In this document: positions 41,937 to 52,054 of the stretch, in pieces
How the letters are laid out: each line of letters opens with the position of its first letter
How positions within the stretch are numbered: position 1 is the stretch's first letter
Assembly: GCA_964568665.1 (NCBI GenBank)
Contig: CAZMPY010000005.1
Coordinates: forward strand, 196,330 to 260,329
Reading direction: 5' to 3'
DNA from: an uncultured Thermoplasmata archaeon
GTDB lineage: Archaea > Thermoplasmatota > Thermoplasmata > UBA10834
Length of the DNA: 64,000 nucleotides
The notes under the pieces: generated by a model
Seen by the model: the letters and a program-made list of their open reading frames with translations, nothing else
Database searches by the model: none
What the model was told of the DNA's origin: nothing
Translations under genes and position numbers: made by a program

Positions 41937-42974
41937 TCACTCCAGCTTGTACCGGAGTATGGCTCCGACCCCGCCGAGCGACTCCAGCCTTCTACCGGCC
42001 TCGTGCATCGAACTGACGATCATGAACTCGCCCTTGGACGCCTCGACCGAACTCAGCAGTCGGTCCGCGCCATGCTTCCTGACCAGCGTGTCCACTATCA
42101 GCAGTGTCTTGACCGCGCCCGCGTCGCACGCGTGCCTCACGGAAGCGTCGCCGTAGGCGAACATGCCGTCCTTGGCGATCTCGGCGAACAGATGCTCGAC
42201 CAGCAGGGTCTCCTTCGCGACCCTCGACTCTTCGAGGACCTTCCCTCCGATGCCTTTCTTCATCAGCTCGGCGACCCCGGCCATCCCAGCCTGCCCCGTG
42301 GACTGCAGCGAGAGGTTCTTGGCGGCTTCGGGCAGCTTCTCCCGGATCCTCCTCACGAGCGCCTCCTTCGTGAAGCCGGGCCCGAGTACGATAAGGGGTT
42401 CGCCGTGGATCATCAGGGTCAGCTTGGAGACGACCTCGTCCAGGAACTCCGGCTCATTGGGCTTGGAGTCGTACATCTTCCCGCCGGGGTTCCGCGTGAT
42501 GGTCGCGACCTCCTTGACCCCGTAGTCCCTGACGACCGCGATCACCGCCTCCGTGTCCTCGATTGCCACCAGGAACAGCGACGGCTTGTCGGACGACGCG
42601 ACGGCCTGCTTGATCCTGTCGAAGTGCTTCGGCATCCACTCGGGCTTGACGACCGTGAGGTCGTCGCCCGGGCCGATCATGAGCGTGTGATGCTCTCCGA
42701 CGTCCTGCGGGCCCGATATGATCGTCCCGAGTATGCGGAGCCTATCCTCCGATTCGTGGAACTCGACCTTGTCCACGCGCAGCCCGAGCCGCATGCGCAC
42801 CTTCTCGGTCCGCTCGGGCCTGAGCTTGTCGCTCTTGTCCTCTTTCCTGCGAAAAGTGGTGGCGAAGACCAGGTCTCTCGCATCCACAAGGTTGTAGAGG
42901 TGCCACAGGTCGTCGATGGTGTCCGCTAGGAGCTTGATCTCGTTGTTGTTCGCGTCCTGATGGAGTATCTTCAT
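41937..42974 (-). CDS. pelA: Pelota (Dom34/aRF1-like mRNA surveillance factor)
   Basis: MKILHQD...NNEIKLLADTIDDLWHLYNL..., eRF1-like central and C-terminal domains, 345 aa. Confidence 0.85.
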   Translation of the reverse strand: MKILHQDANNNEIKLLADTIDDLWHLYNLVDARDLVFATTFRRKEDKSDKLRPERTEKVRMRLGLRVDKVEFHESEDRLRILGTIISGPQDVGEHHTLMIGPGDDLTVVKPEWMPKHFDRIKQAVASSDKPSLFLVAIEDTEAVIAVVRDYGVKEVATITRNPGGKMYDSKPNEPEFLDEVVSKLTLMIHGEPLIVLGPGFTKEALVRRIREKLPEAAKNLSLQSTGQAGMAGVAELMKKGIGGKVLEESRVAKETLLVEHLFAEIAKDGMFAYGDASVRHACDAGAVKTLLIVDTLVRKHGADRLLSSVEASKGEFMIVSSMHEAGRRLESLGGVGAILRYKLE

Positions 42975-43074
42975 CCTTTTCGATGCTCAAATGCCCCAGG
43001 GCGCATATCAAGCCATCGCGGAAGTCCCACGGTCCCTGCAATCATGTCTGGTCCGAGAAAGTATATATTCCTAT

Positions 43075-43096
43075 CAGGTCATAGCTGACTGACCTG
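43075..43096. promoter_or_regulatory. nested palindrome CAGGTCA-TAGCTGAC-TGACCTG between TATA (43061..43069) and the roadblock gene start
   Basis: Inverted repeats seen directly; overlaps the expected transcription start. Confidence 0.4.
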
Positions 43097-43113
43097 GTCA
43101 GAAAGGGAGTTAC

Positions 43114-43473
43114 ATGGCGGAGTACCTTGAGATAGAAGAGGTGCTTGACGAGATACGGTCGTTGCCCTCGATTTATGAAGTCACGGTCGTCTCCCGAAGC
43201 GGTATGCACATCGCGGGGGACTCACCGAGGGGCGTGCACCTCGAGACATTCGTCGCCATGTCCGCGATCCTCCTGGGTGCTGCGGAGACCGCAACGGCGG
43301 AGATGAAGGACAAGCTGCAGCACGTCGCGATCGAGCTCTCCAGGGGGAAGCTCATCGTCGTAGGTGCCGGAACACGGGCCCTCCTGGTCGTGACCGCCTC
43401 GAACGAGGTCCCGACCAGCGATCTGGCGAACCAGGTCAAACAGTTCGGCGCCAGGATCGCCGAGAAGATTTGA
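43114..43473 (+). CDS. roadblock/LC7 domain protein
   Basis: 119 aa; ...VTVVSRSGMHIAGDSP...FVAMSAILLGAAETATAEM...KLIVVGAGTRALLVVTA matches the roadblock fold pattern. Confidence 0.7.
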   Translation: MAEYLEIEEVLDEIRSLPSIYEVTVVSRSGMHIAGDSPRGVHLETFVAMSAILLGAAETATAEMKDKLQHVAIELSRGKLIVVGAGTRALLVVTASNEVPTSDLANQVKQFGARIAEKI

Positions 43474-43481
43474 CCCTGGCC

Positions 43482-44147
43482 TCAGAGCCTCTTGAAGCCG
43501 CCCCGGGCCCATTCCAGCAGTATCTCAGCGGAGTAGACGATGCCCTCGCTTGCGGTCCTGCTCCTTCCGTCCGCGGACGTCGACCCTTTTGCGATGGCCT
43601 CGATGACATCCCCTTCGCTCTGGGCGCCCTCGGCGACCGTGTACGCCCTGCCGATCTCATGCGGCTTGTGCGCATCGCTCCCGCCGGTCCGCGCCAGCCC
43701 TCTCCTCACGGCGACCGCCTCGGCCCTGCGGTTGCTTCTCCGCGGGTTCCCGCCGTTCAGCACCTCGATGCCGTCGAACGCGACGGTGCCCGCGACCTCG
43801 AGGCCTACGCCGGACGGGAACCTCTGTGGATGGGCCGCAACCGCGACCCCGCCGAGCGCGTGTACCCTCTCGACGGTCTCCTCGACGGACAGGCTCCTCG
43901 GGACGAGCTCGCCCACCCCGTAGGCCAGCACATGCCCGCTCAGCGTCGACACCTCGACCCCGCGGACCACGACCAGCCCGTGCTCCTTGGCCAGCGAATA
44001 CGCCTCGAGCGAACCCGCGATGGCGTTATGGTCCGATATGCAAAGCCCGTCCAGCCCAGCGGCTCTGCAGCGCTTGAGGACCTCCTTCGGAGGCCCGTTC
44101 CCTGCATCCCGCGAGTGCGCGGAGTGGATGTGCATGTCGAGTTTCAT
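43482..44147 (-). CDS. PHP-domain metal-dependent phosphoesterase
   Basis: MKLDMHIHSAHSRDAG..., His-rich PHP motifs. Start abuts the MetRS stop. Confidence 0.7.
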   Translation of the reverse strand: MKLDMHIHSAHSRDAGNGPPKEVLKRCRAAGLDGLCISDHNAIAGSLEAYSLAKEHGLVVVRGVEVSTLSGHVLAYGVGELVPRSLSVEETVERVHALGGVAVAAHPQRFPSGVGLEVAGTVAFDGIEVLNGGNPRRSNRRAEAVAVRRGLARTGGSDAHKPHEIGRAYTVAEGAQSEGDVIEAIAKGSTSADGRSRTASEGIVYSAEILLEWARGGFKRL

Positions 44148-46348
44148 CGTATCTTCGCACCTGCGTGTATGTCCCTGTCGAACACGACCTTGACGCCGTC
44201 CGCATGCATCAGCATGGCCTTGTCCCCGAAGATGAAAGCCGCATAGACCTTCCCGGCCTCGGCCTTGTCGAGCCTGCACGGGACATTCCTGCCCCCGACA
44301 TCCAATGCGTCGGCTTCCCCGGGCACGACCGCCCCTACGCGCATGTCCAGCTTCTGGAACTCCTTGAAGCTGATGGGCTTCTGACCCGGCTCCATGCCGC
44401 TCGCGACCTGCGTCCCCGGCGGCAGGTCCTTCTCAGGCCGGAGCAGCGCCAGCCGGCCGCTCTCCTCCGCCGCGAGGAGCATGCCCTCGGACTTGACGCC
44501 CCTGAGCACGGCGGGCTCGAGGTTCGTCACTATGACGAGCGTCTTGCTCTTGAGCTCGTCCGCGGTGTAGTGCTCCTTCAGGCCCGTCACGATTGTGATC
44601 TCCCTGCCGACATCGGCCTTGACCAGGTACAGCTTGTCGGCGTTCGGATGGGGCTGGACGTCCAGGACCTTCCCGACCTTGAGGTTGAGCGCCGCGTACT
44701 TCTGGAACTCGGATGCGGCCGCGACCTCGACCTTGGCGAACTGTGGGACGGGCTTCTCGAGGGTGACCCCGGCCGTCAGCGGCATCCCGATCCCTGGCCA
44801 GCCTTGCTCCTCGACGGTGCCCTCCATCCTGAGCTGGGCCCAGATGCTCTCCGACGAGAACGGCATGAACGGGTTCGCCATGACCGCGAGCGCCTTGACG
44901 ATGAGCAGGTTCACGTGCAGGACCGTACCGCAACGCTCCTTGTCCGTGCCCACGAGGGCCCAGGGCGCGACCGCGTCGAAGTACTGGTTCCCGAACTGGG
45001 CGAGGTCCATGACGCCCTTGAGGGCGCGCCTGAACTCGCACTTCGAGAGCGCGTCGGAGACCTCCTTGTTCGCATCGGAGATGCGCTGGAGTGCCGCCTT
45101 GTCGCGCTCGTCCATCACGCCCAAAGGCGGTATGACGCCGTAGTTCTTGAAAGTGAACGACAGGGTCCTGTGGACGAAGTTCCCGTAGGCGGCCACGAGC
45201 TCGCTGTTGATCCTCTGGGCGAAGTCCTCCCACGAGAACTCGCTGTCCTTCAGCTCGGGCATGGTCGCCGACAGGTAGTACCTTATGATGTCGGGCCTGA
45301 ACTTCGTCAGCATGTCCGGGATGTCTATGCTTACGCCCATGCTCTTGGAGAACTTCTGTCCGCCCAGGTTCATGTACTGGTTCGCCGGGACGTCGTAGGG
45401 CAGGTTCAGCCCGCCGTACCCGAGGAGCATGGCGGGCCATATGATCGTGTGGAACACTATGTTGTCCTTCCCGAGGAAGTAGTAGCTCCTGCAGGACGGG
45501 TCGGTCCAGAAGAGCTTCCAGTCTTCTGGCCGGCCCTCGATGTCCGCCCACTCCTTCGTCGCCGAGAGGTAGCCTATGACCGCCTCGAACCAGACGTAGA
45601 TGCGCTTGCTCTCGAAGCCCGGGACCGGGACAGGCACGCCCCAGGCGATGTCCCTGGTGATCGGCCGGTCCACGAGCCCCTCGTTGAGGATGTTGAGCGT
45701 GAAGGCCTTCACGTGGGGGCGCCAATGTGTCTGCGCCTCGACGTATCCCTTGAGCTCCTCGGTGAAGTGTGAGAGCTTCAGGAAGTAGTGCTCGGTCTCG
45801 GTGAGGTTGGGGGTCTCCCCGCAGAGCTGGCACTTCGCATCTATGAGCTGCTCGGCGTTCAGGTCCTTCCCGCACTGGTCGCACTGGTCCCCGCGGGCGC
45901 GGTCGTACTTGCAGTACGGGCAGACGCCCTCGACGTACCTGTCGGGGAGGAACCGCCTGCAGCTTTCGCAGTAGAACTGCGGGGTGCTCTTCTTCTCCAG
46001 ATGGCCCTGCTCGAGGAGCCTCAGGAAGACCTTGGCCGCGACCTCCTCGTGGTTCTTGGTGTGGGTGCTGGTGTACAGGTCGTAGGATGCGCCCAGGTCC
46101 GAGAGCGCCTTCGAATCGATCTCGTGGTACCTGAACGCTATGACCTCCGGTGAGACCTTCTCCTTGTCCGCGCTCACGGTCACCGGGGCGCCGTGCATGT
46201 CGGTCCCTGAGACCATCAGGACATCGTTCCCGATCAGGCGGTTGTACCTCGCGAATATATCCGCCGGGAGCACCGAGCCCGTGACATGTCCCAGGTGTAT
46301 GGGGCCGTTCGCGTAGGGCCACGCGACGCAGATGAGTATCCTTGCCAT
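44144..46348 (-). CDS. metG: methionine--tRNA ligase with C-terminal tRNA-binding domain
   Basis: PYANGPIHLGH, KFSKS (KMSKS-type), Zn knuckles, C-terminal EMAP/Trbp111-like domain, 734 aa. Confidence 0.9.
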   Translation of the reverse strand: MARILICVAWPYANGPIHLGHVTGSVLPADIFARYNRLIGNDVLMVSGTDMHGAPVTVSADKEKVSPEVIAFRYHEIDSKALSDLGASYDLYTSTHTKNHEEVAAKVFLRLLEQGHLEKKSTPQFYCESCRRFLPDRYVEGVCPYCKYDRARGDQCDQCGKDLNAEQLIDAKCQLCGETPNLTETEHYFLKLSHFTEELKGYVEAQTHWRPHVKAFTLNILNEGLVDRPITRDIAWGVPVPVPGFESKRIYVWFEAVIGYLSATKEWADIEGRPEDWKLFWTDPSCRSYYFLGKDNIVFHTIIWPAMLLGYGGLNLPYDVPANQYMNLGGQKFSKSMGVSIDIPDMLTKFRPDIIRYYLSATMPELKDSEFSWEDFAQRINSELVAAYGNFVHRTLSFTFKNYGVIPPLGVMDERDKAALQRISDANKEVSDALSKCEFRRALKGVMDLAQFGNQYFDAVAPWALVGTDKERCGTVLHVNLLIVKALAVMANPFMPFSSESIWAQLRMEGTVEEQGWPGIGMPLTAGVTLEKPVPQFAKVEVAAASEFQKYAALNLKVGKVLDVQPHPNADKLYLVKADVGREITIVTGLKEHYTADELKSKTLVIVTNLEPAVLRGVKSEGMLLAAEESGRLALLRPEKDLPPGTQVASGMEPGQKPISFKEFQKLDMRVGAVVPGEADALDVGGRNVPCRLDKAEAGKVYAAFIFGDKAMLMHADGVKVVFDRDIHAGAKIR

Positions 46349-46462
46349 CTTGACCAGCCGCCCTCAATCGCGGGGGCCGGACTTAAAGCTAGCGTGGCCC
46401 AATGGCCTGGGCTGCCTCGACGAACGGCAAATCATATACAGGGGCTCCCGCATTCTGGGACC

Positions 46463-47959
46463 ATGGCCCCGCTGGAGCTTGTCCGGCTGAGGGAGGACCT
46501 GGAGGCCTTCCAGGGCGCGCTGATGCTTGAGTTCTACAGCAACTACGCCGGGCTCAAGGACGACATGAGCACGACGGGGATCTACGACAGGTACGCCCAC
46601 CTGTTCTCGAAGGACACGCTCGCCGCGCTGGCCGGTCCGCCGCCAGACGACCCAGACGAGGCGCGCAGGATACGATACCTGAGGGCGTTCTGCACGGTCG
46701 GCCACCTGGACAGCGCGGTCAAGGAGCTCACGGACAAGGCCAACACATACGAGGCGCGGTCCGTCGTTGAGTTCGACGGGGAGACCATCCCCTACAGGTC
46801 CGTGCCGGTCAGGCTGAGGAGCGAGCCGGACCGTGCCCGGCGCGAGCAGCTGTTCCATGCGAAGCTCGGGGTGACCGAGGGGCTGAACGAGATCCTGCTT
46901 GAGCGCATGGGTGGCGCGCACGAGCTCGCCGGGGCCCTGGGGTTCAGGAACTACAGGGACATGTGCTCGACGCTGAAGGGCGTGGACTACGCCGCCCTCG
47001 AGGAGCAGATGGAGGACTTCCTCCACAGGACAGGGGGGCTCTACAGGGAGCACATGGACGCCCTCCTGACGGACAGGGCCGGCGTCGGGCTCGAGGACGC
47101 ATGGAGCTTCGATGTGCCGTTCGCCCTCAGGGGGGACGACTTCGACCAGTACTTCGCAAAGGACCGGCTCGTGCCGGTGTTCCACGGAACGCTGAAGGGC
47201 ATGGGCATCGAGCCTGAACGGTACACGAACATCGAGGTGGACACCGAGGCCCGCCCGAAGAAGGTCCCGAGGGCGTTCTGCGCGCCGATCAGGGTCCCGG
47301 GGGATGTCAAGCTGGTCATACTCCCGATGGGCGGATGGAAGGACTACGGGGCGTTCTTCCACGAGGGTGGGCACGCATGGCATTTCGGCAGCACCGACGA
47401 GAGCCTCGCCCCCGAATACAGGTACCTCGGCGACAACTCCGTAACCGAGGCGTTCGCGTTCCTGTTCACATACCTGCCGTCGAACCCGGCCTGGCTGAAG
47501 AGGTTCGTCGGCATGGAGGACCCGGGAGAGTACACCAGGTTCGCCCTGGTCGACAAGCTGATGTTCCTCCGGCGGTACGCATCGAAGCTGATCTACGAGA
47601 CCAAGCTGCACACCGGCACACCAGGACCGGAGTTCCAGCACATCTACAAGAACTGCCTGCAGAAGGGGCTCGGGTTCAAGCACTCGGAGAAGCACTACCT
47701 GGAGGACGTCGACGACGGGTTCTACTGCGCGGAGTACCTGAGGGCGTGGATACTGGAGGGGCAGCTCAGGGAGGCGCTCACGGAGAAGTTCGGGGACGAG
47801 TGGTTCACGGACCCGCGGGCGGGGGAGTACCTCCGGGAGCTCTGGTCCTACGGTCAGAAGTACACCGCGGACGAACTCGTCAAGACGATAGGGTATGTCG
47901 AGCTGGACCCGGAGCCGATGATACGCGAGATCGAGCAGGGCCTAGGGGACTCGGGCTGA
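46463..47959 (+). CDS. zinc metallopeptidase, oligoendopeptidase F-like (M3 family)
   Basis: HEGGHAWH HExxH motif, ~500 aa. Internal ATG chosen; TATA-like ATCATATACA ~30 nt upstream. Confidence 0.6.
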   Translation: MAPLELVRLREDLEAFQGALMLEFYSNYAGLKDDMSTTGIYDRYAHLFSKDTLAALAGPPPDDPDEARRIRYLRAFCTVGHLDSAVKELTDKANTYEARSVVEFDGETIPYRSVPVRLRSEPDRARREQLFHAKLGVTEGLNEILLERMGGAHELAGALGFRNYRDMCSTLKGVDYAALEEQMEDFLHRTGGLYREHMDALLTDRAGVGLEDAWSFDVPFALRGDDFDQYFAKDRLVPVFHGTLKGMGIEPERYTNIEVDTEARPKKVPRAFCAPIRVPGDVKLVILPMGGWKDYGAFFHEGGHAWHFGSTDESLAPEYRYLGDNSVTEAFAFLFTYLPSNPAWLKRFVGMEDPGEYTRFALVDKLMFLRRYASKLIYETKLHTGTPGPEFQHIYKNCLQKGLGFKHSEKHYLEDVDDGFYCAEYLRAWILEGQLREALTEKFGDEWFTDPRAGEYLRELWSYGQKYTADELVKTIGYVELDPEPMIREIEQGLGDSG

Positions 47960-47994
47960 TACTTTTTTAAACGGGACCCACCTTAACCTGGACG

Positions 47995-49761
47995 ATGCGC
48001 ATAGCCGTACTACTCAAGGACCGCTGCCAGCCGAAGCGGTGCGGCCTCGAGTGCATACACTACTGCCCGCCCGTCAGGACCGGGGTCGAGACCATCGCCA
48101 TGGGCGATGCGGGCAAGCCGGTCATATCCGAGGAGCTGTGCGTCGGATGCGGGATATGCATCCACAAGTGCCCCTTCGAAGCCATCAAGATCATCGGCCT
48201 CCCGAAGGAGCTCGAAGGGGAGATGGTCCACCAGTACGGCAAGAACTCCTTCAGGCTCTACAGGCTGCCCGTGCTCAGACAAGGGCAGGTCGTCGGCCTG
48301 CTCGGGCCGAACGGCATCGGCAAGACCACGACGATATCCATACTCTCGGGGCAGGTCGTGCCGAACCTGGGCGACTTCGGGCACAAGGCCTCGTGGGACA
48401 AGGTGCTGGAGAAGTACGCAGGCACGGAGATGCACGAGTTCTTCTCGCGGCTCGCAGACGGGAAGGTCAGGACCGCGCTCAAGCCGCAGTACGTCGACAA
48501 GCTCCCGGCCGTCCACAAGGGGACCGTCAAGGAGCTCCTCGCGAAGATCGATTCTGGCCCGCGGCTGGGCGAGGTCGCGGAGCAGCTGACCGTCTCGAAC
48601 GTGCTCGCCAGGGACATCTCCAAGCTGTCCGGGGGCGAGCTCCAGAGGGTGGCGATCGCGGCGACCCTGCTCCGGGACGCTGACGTCTACTTCTTCGACG
48701 AGCCGTCGTCGTACCTGGACATATACCAGCGGCTGAAGATAGCCAGGATAATCCAGGACCTGAGCGAGAAAAGGCAGGTCGTCGTGATCGAGCACGACCT
48801 CGCCATCATGGACTTCCTCGCGGACCTGGTGCACATCATGTACGGCTCCGAGGGGGCGTACGGCGTCATGGCGCAGCCGAGGCCGGTCAGGACCGCCATC
48901 AACGCGTACCTCGAGGGCTACATCAGGGAGGAGAACATCAGGATCAGGGACACTGCGATCAAGTTCGAGCGCCGGCCGCCCAGGTCGGACTGGCAGTCCG
49001 GGACGCTCGTAGGGTTCTCGCGCTTGACGAAGCGCTTCAAGACGTTCCACATGCAGGTCGCCGAGGGGGCCATCAAGAAGGGCGAGGTCGTCGGCGCGGT
49101 CGGGCCGAACGCGACCGGCAAGACCACATTCGTGAAGATACTGGCATCTGAGATCGAACCCACCTCGGGAGATGTGCTCGGGGAGGTGGCCGTCAGCTAC
49201 AAGCCGCAGTACATCAAGCCCGAGTTCGACGGCTCGGTCAGGGAGATGCTCACCGCGAGCATAGGCAAGGATCTCGAGGCGGGGTTCTTCCAGGTGGAGA
49301 TCGCGACCCCGCTGGGGCTCAAGTACCTGCTGGACAAGGACGTCCAGACGCTATCCGGCGGGGAGCTGCAGCGGGTCGCCATCGCGGAGTGCCTGGGCAA
49401 GACCGCGGACATCTACCTCCTGGACGAGCCGTCCGCGTACCTCGACTCCGCCCAGAGGATGGCCGCGGCCAAGACCATCCGGAGGGTCATCGAGAAGCTC
49501 GGCAAGTCCGCGGTCGTCGTCGACCACGACGTGTACATGATCGACCTCATCTCCGACTCGATCATGGTCTTCACGGGCGTGCCATCGGAAAGCGGGAAGG
49601 GCGAGGGGCCGATGGATATGCGGGACGGCATGAACCGCTTCCTGAAGGATGTGGACATCACGTTCAGAAGGGACCAGGACTCGGACAGGCCTAGGATCAA
49701 CAAGAAGGATTCGAGGCTCGACCGGGAGCAGAAGTCGAAGGGCGAGTACTACTACAGCTGA
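47995..49761 (+). CDS. abcE1: ABCE1 (RNase L inhibitor / ribosome recycling ATPase)
   Basis: N-terminal Fe-S domain (CQPKRCGLECIHYCP, CVGCGICIHKCP) and twin ABC cassettes. TATA TTTTTTAAAC at 47964..47973. Confidence 0.9.
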   Translation: MRIAVLLKDRCQPKRCGLECIHYCPPVRTGVETIAMGDAGKPVISEELCVGCGICIHKCPFEAIKIIGLPKELEGEMVHQYGKNSFRLYRLPVLRQGQVVGLLGPNGIGKTTTISILSGQVVPNLGDFGHKASWDKVLEKYAGTEMHEFFSRLADGKVRTALKPQYVDKLPAVHKGTVKELLAKIDSGPRLGEVAEQLTVSNVLARDISKLSGGELQRVAIAATLLRDADVYFFDEPSSYLDIYQRLKIARIIQDLSEKRQVVVIEHDLAIMDFLADLVHIMYGSEGAYGVMAQPRPVRTAINAYLEGYIREENIRIRDTAIKFERRPPRSDWQSGTLVGFSRLTKRFKTFHMQVAEGAIKKGEVVGAVGPNATGKTTFVKILASEIEPTSGDVLGEVAVSYKPQYIKPEFDGSVREMLTASIGKDLEAGFFQVEIATPLGLKYLLDKDVQTLSGGELQRVAIAECLGKTADIYLLDEPSAYLDSAQRMAAAKTIRRVIEKLGKSAVVVDHDVYMIDLISDSIMVFTGVPSESGKGEGPMDMRDGMNRFLKDVDITFRRDQDSDRPRINKKDSRLDREQKSKGEYYYS

Positions 49762-50429
49762 ACGCTGCCTTTGGCCACCCGCCCGTTCTTCCTGACGCGG
49801 TACGCGTACCAGACGATTATCACGACAACCGCCCCGACCACGACGATGTCGAGCTGCCGGAACACCCCCTCGAAGTCCCTCCAACTGGGGCCGAGGCTGT
49901 AGCCGATGTATCCCAGCAGGAGGGTCCATGGCACAGAGCCCACGAAGCTGTACGCCAGGAACCTCGGGAACCTCATCTTCGCGATGCCTGCGGGCAGGGA
50001 TATCACCGTCCGGATGATCGGAAGGAGCCTGCTCACGAAGGTCGCGGCGTCGCCGTACTTCGCGAACCACTTCTCGGCGGTCACCATGTGCTTCTCGCGG
50101 ATCAGCACGTACTTCCCGTACTTGGCTATGAAGGGCCTGCCCATGCGGTAGCCCACGGCATAGGCCACGACCGAGCCGATGCTGCACCCGACTGCGCCTG
50201 CGACCGTGATACCCAGGAGCGTCATCGCGACCCCGTCGTATCCAGGCAGCGCGGACTGGTAGACGAGGTAGCCCGCGAACGGCATGACGATCTCGCTCGG
50301 GACCGGCATGCAGGCGCTCTCCAGGGCCATGAGTAGGATGATGGCTAGGTAGCCGTAGTTGGCGATCCAGTCAATGATGAGGTTTACGCCCCATTCGACC
50401 AGGCTCATCGGGGCCCAATAACGGTCCAT
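49752..50429 (-). CDS. DedA/SNARE-associated family membrane protein
   Basis: ...YGYLAIILLMALESACMPVPSEIVMPFAGYL... DedA signature; polytopic. Confidence 0.7.
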   Translation of the reverse strand: MDRYWAPMSLVEWGVNLIIDWIANYGYLAIILLMALESACMPVPSEIVMPFAGYLVYQSALPGYDGVAMTLLGITVAGAVGCSIGSVVAYAVGYRMGRPFIAKYGKYVLIREKHMVTAEKWFAKYGDAATFVSRLLPIIRTVISLPAGIAKMRFPRFLAYSFVGSVPWTLLLGYIGYSLGPSWRDFEGVFRQLDIVVVGAVVVIIVWYAYRVRKNGRVAKGSVQL

Positions 50430-50502
50430 GCGATAAAAAGGATTGGTCGCACGCGCGCACGGCCTGGAAGGTTCTTGTACCTCCCGGGCGTTTCACAGCA
50501 GG

Positions 50503-51393
50503 ATGAACGCGGCGAGGGTCCTGGAGAGCTACAGCGCCATGATGGTGCTCGGGCTCGTCCTGGGCCTGCTCCTCGGAGGGTTCCCGGTCCTCACGAAGGA
50601 GGTCTCGATGGCGTCGCTGGCGCTCCTGATGACGCTCTCCCTGACGAACGTCCGGTTCGCCGAGACCAGGGGGAGGGAGCATCGGAAGGACGCGCTCCTC
50701 GCCCTTGCACTGAACTACGGACTGCTCACCGCAGTCATCCTGGCGTGCGGGAGCCTGTTCTCCGAGAAGCTCTGGTGGGGCTGGGTCCTCATGGCAGCGG
50801 CCCCGTCGGCCATATCCATCGTGCCCTTCACGACCGTCCTCGGGGGAAGGACCTCGAAGGCGCTGTTCGCGACCGCGGTGAACTACCTCGCGGCGCTCGG
50901 GCTCATGCCGCTCATGACCCTGCTCCTGATAGGCTCTGCGGTCTCCGTGACGAGCCTCATCACGTCGCTGGCCCTCCTGATAGCCCTGCCCATGGGGCTC
51001 TCGAGGCTGGTCATGAGGGTCAAACTCGAGAAGCGGACGACCACCATCGCGATGAACCTGTCCTTCGCCGTGCTCATATTCGCCGTCGCGGGGTCGAACA
51101 GGGATGCGTTCTTCGGAGACCCACTCATGGTCGCCGCGATCTCCGCGGTATGCCTCATCCGGACATTCGGGACCGGGCTGGGGACCGAGCTGGTACTGAG
51201 AAAGGCCGGCGTGCCCCGGGAGGAACGGGTGTCGAGCATGCTGTTCGCGAGCTACAAGAACCTCGGGCTCACGGCGACGATCGCCATCGCGCTGTTCGAC
51301 CCGATGGTAGCCGTGCCGGCCACCATCTGCATCCTGTTCGAGGTAGTCTGGATAGTCTCGGTCCTCAGGTTCTACCCGCGCGGGTCCGGATGA
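50503..51393 (+). CDS. putative membrane transporter (AEC/BASS-like permease)
   Basis: 10 predicted TM helices, no soluble domains. Internal ATG chosen downstream of a TATA-like GATAAAAAGG. Confidence 0.4.
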   Translation: MNAARVLESYSAMMVLGLVLGLLLGGFPVLTKEVSMASLALLMTLSLTNVRFAETRGREHRKDALLALALNYGLLTAVILACGSLFSEKLWWGWVLMAAAPSAISIVPFTTVLGGRTSKALFATAVNYLAALGLMPLMTLLLIGSAVSVTSLITSLALLIALPMGLSRLVMRVKLEKRTTTIAMNLSFAVLIFAVAGSNRDAFFGDPLMVAAISAVCLIRTFGTGLGTELVLRKAGVPREERVSSMLFASYKNLGLTATIAIALFDPMVAVPATICILFEVVWIVSVLRFYPRGSG

Positions 51394-51922
51394 GCCGGAG
51401 GTCTGCCATCCACCGCCTAACCCTCGCCCCGACGTCCCTCACGAAGCACTGGAAGCTCGCGTTGCCGGTCTCCGCGCGCCACCTTGAGAAGCTCACGAAC
51501 ACGATGCCTGCGGTCGTCCCGACCAGGAGCGTGGACTCTATCCAGATCGAATACCCCAGCGCCGCGTTCTGGAGCTCGTCCAGCCCGACATGCACCGCCC
51601 AGAACGTGAGCGGGAGCAGGTACCTCCATCCCACCGCCAGAGGTGCGACGATCGCCGCGCCGACGGGGTAGTGCAGCAGGGACTTCCACGGCAGCCCGGA
51701 TGCGTCGTCCCAGGTCGACCTGAAGATTGCCTCCCAACCGTTGTCGCGGACATACCTGGGGAGCGCGAACAGATGGTCTGCGTCTATCAGCACGCCGAAC
51801 GTGATCGCGATGAACCACTCGTCGCGGTTGAGGGTCATCAGCATGCCGATGAGGACGACCACCATCACATGAGTCGGGGTCAGCAAAGCACTACCTCGCG
51901 GTTCACCAGGTCTTCCCATCAT
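51365..51922 (-). CDS. membrane-bound metal-dependent hydrolase-like protein (DUF457/YdjM-like)
   Basis: ...LLTPTHVMVVVLIGML...VLIDADHLF... with conserved His/Asp in TM segments. Confidence 0.4.
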   Translation of the reverse strand: MMGRPGEPRGSALLTPTHVMVVVLIGMLMTLNRDEWFIAITFGVLIDADHLFALPRYVRDNGWEAIFRSTWDDASGLPWKSLLHYPVGAAIVAPLAVGWRYLLPLTFWAVHVGLDELQNAALGYSIWIESTLLVGTTAGIVFVSFSRWRAETGNASFQCFVRDVGARVRRWMADLRLIRTRAGRT

Positions 51923-52054
51923 GTAAGCCCATATGTCAGATTCTAACTTTCCCCCAGGGACCGTGTTATTAACGCCATTACGATGAGAACCCGCACTTAA
52001 TAAGGGCAGCGAAAATCTTATTAAACGAGCATCAGTTGAGCGGCCGGTCGATTC

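Noticed and set aside
44165-46367. Very long ORFs antisense to, or in alternative frames of, metG
   Set aside because: MetRS homology on the minus strand is decisive. The alternatives are Arg/Gly/Pro-rich.
46364-47695. Long ORFs antisense to the pepF-like gene and to ABCE1 (46364..47695 and 48010..49050)
   Set aside because: No homology. Antisense to strongly supported genes.
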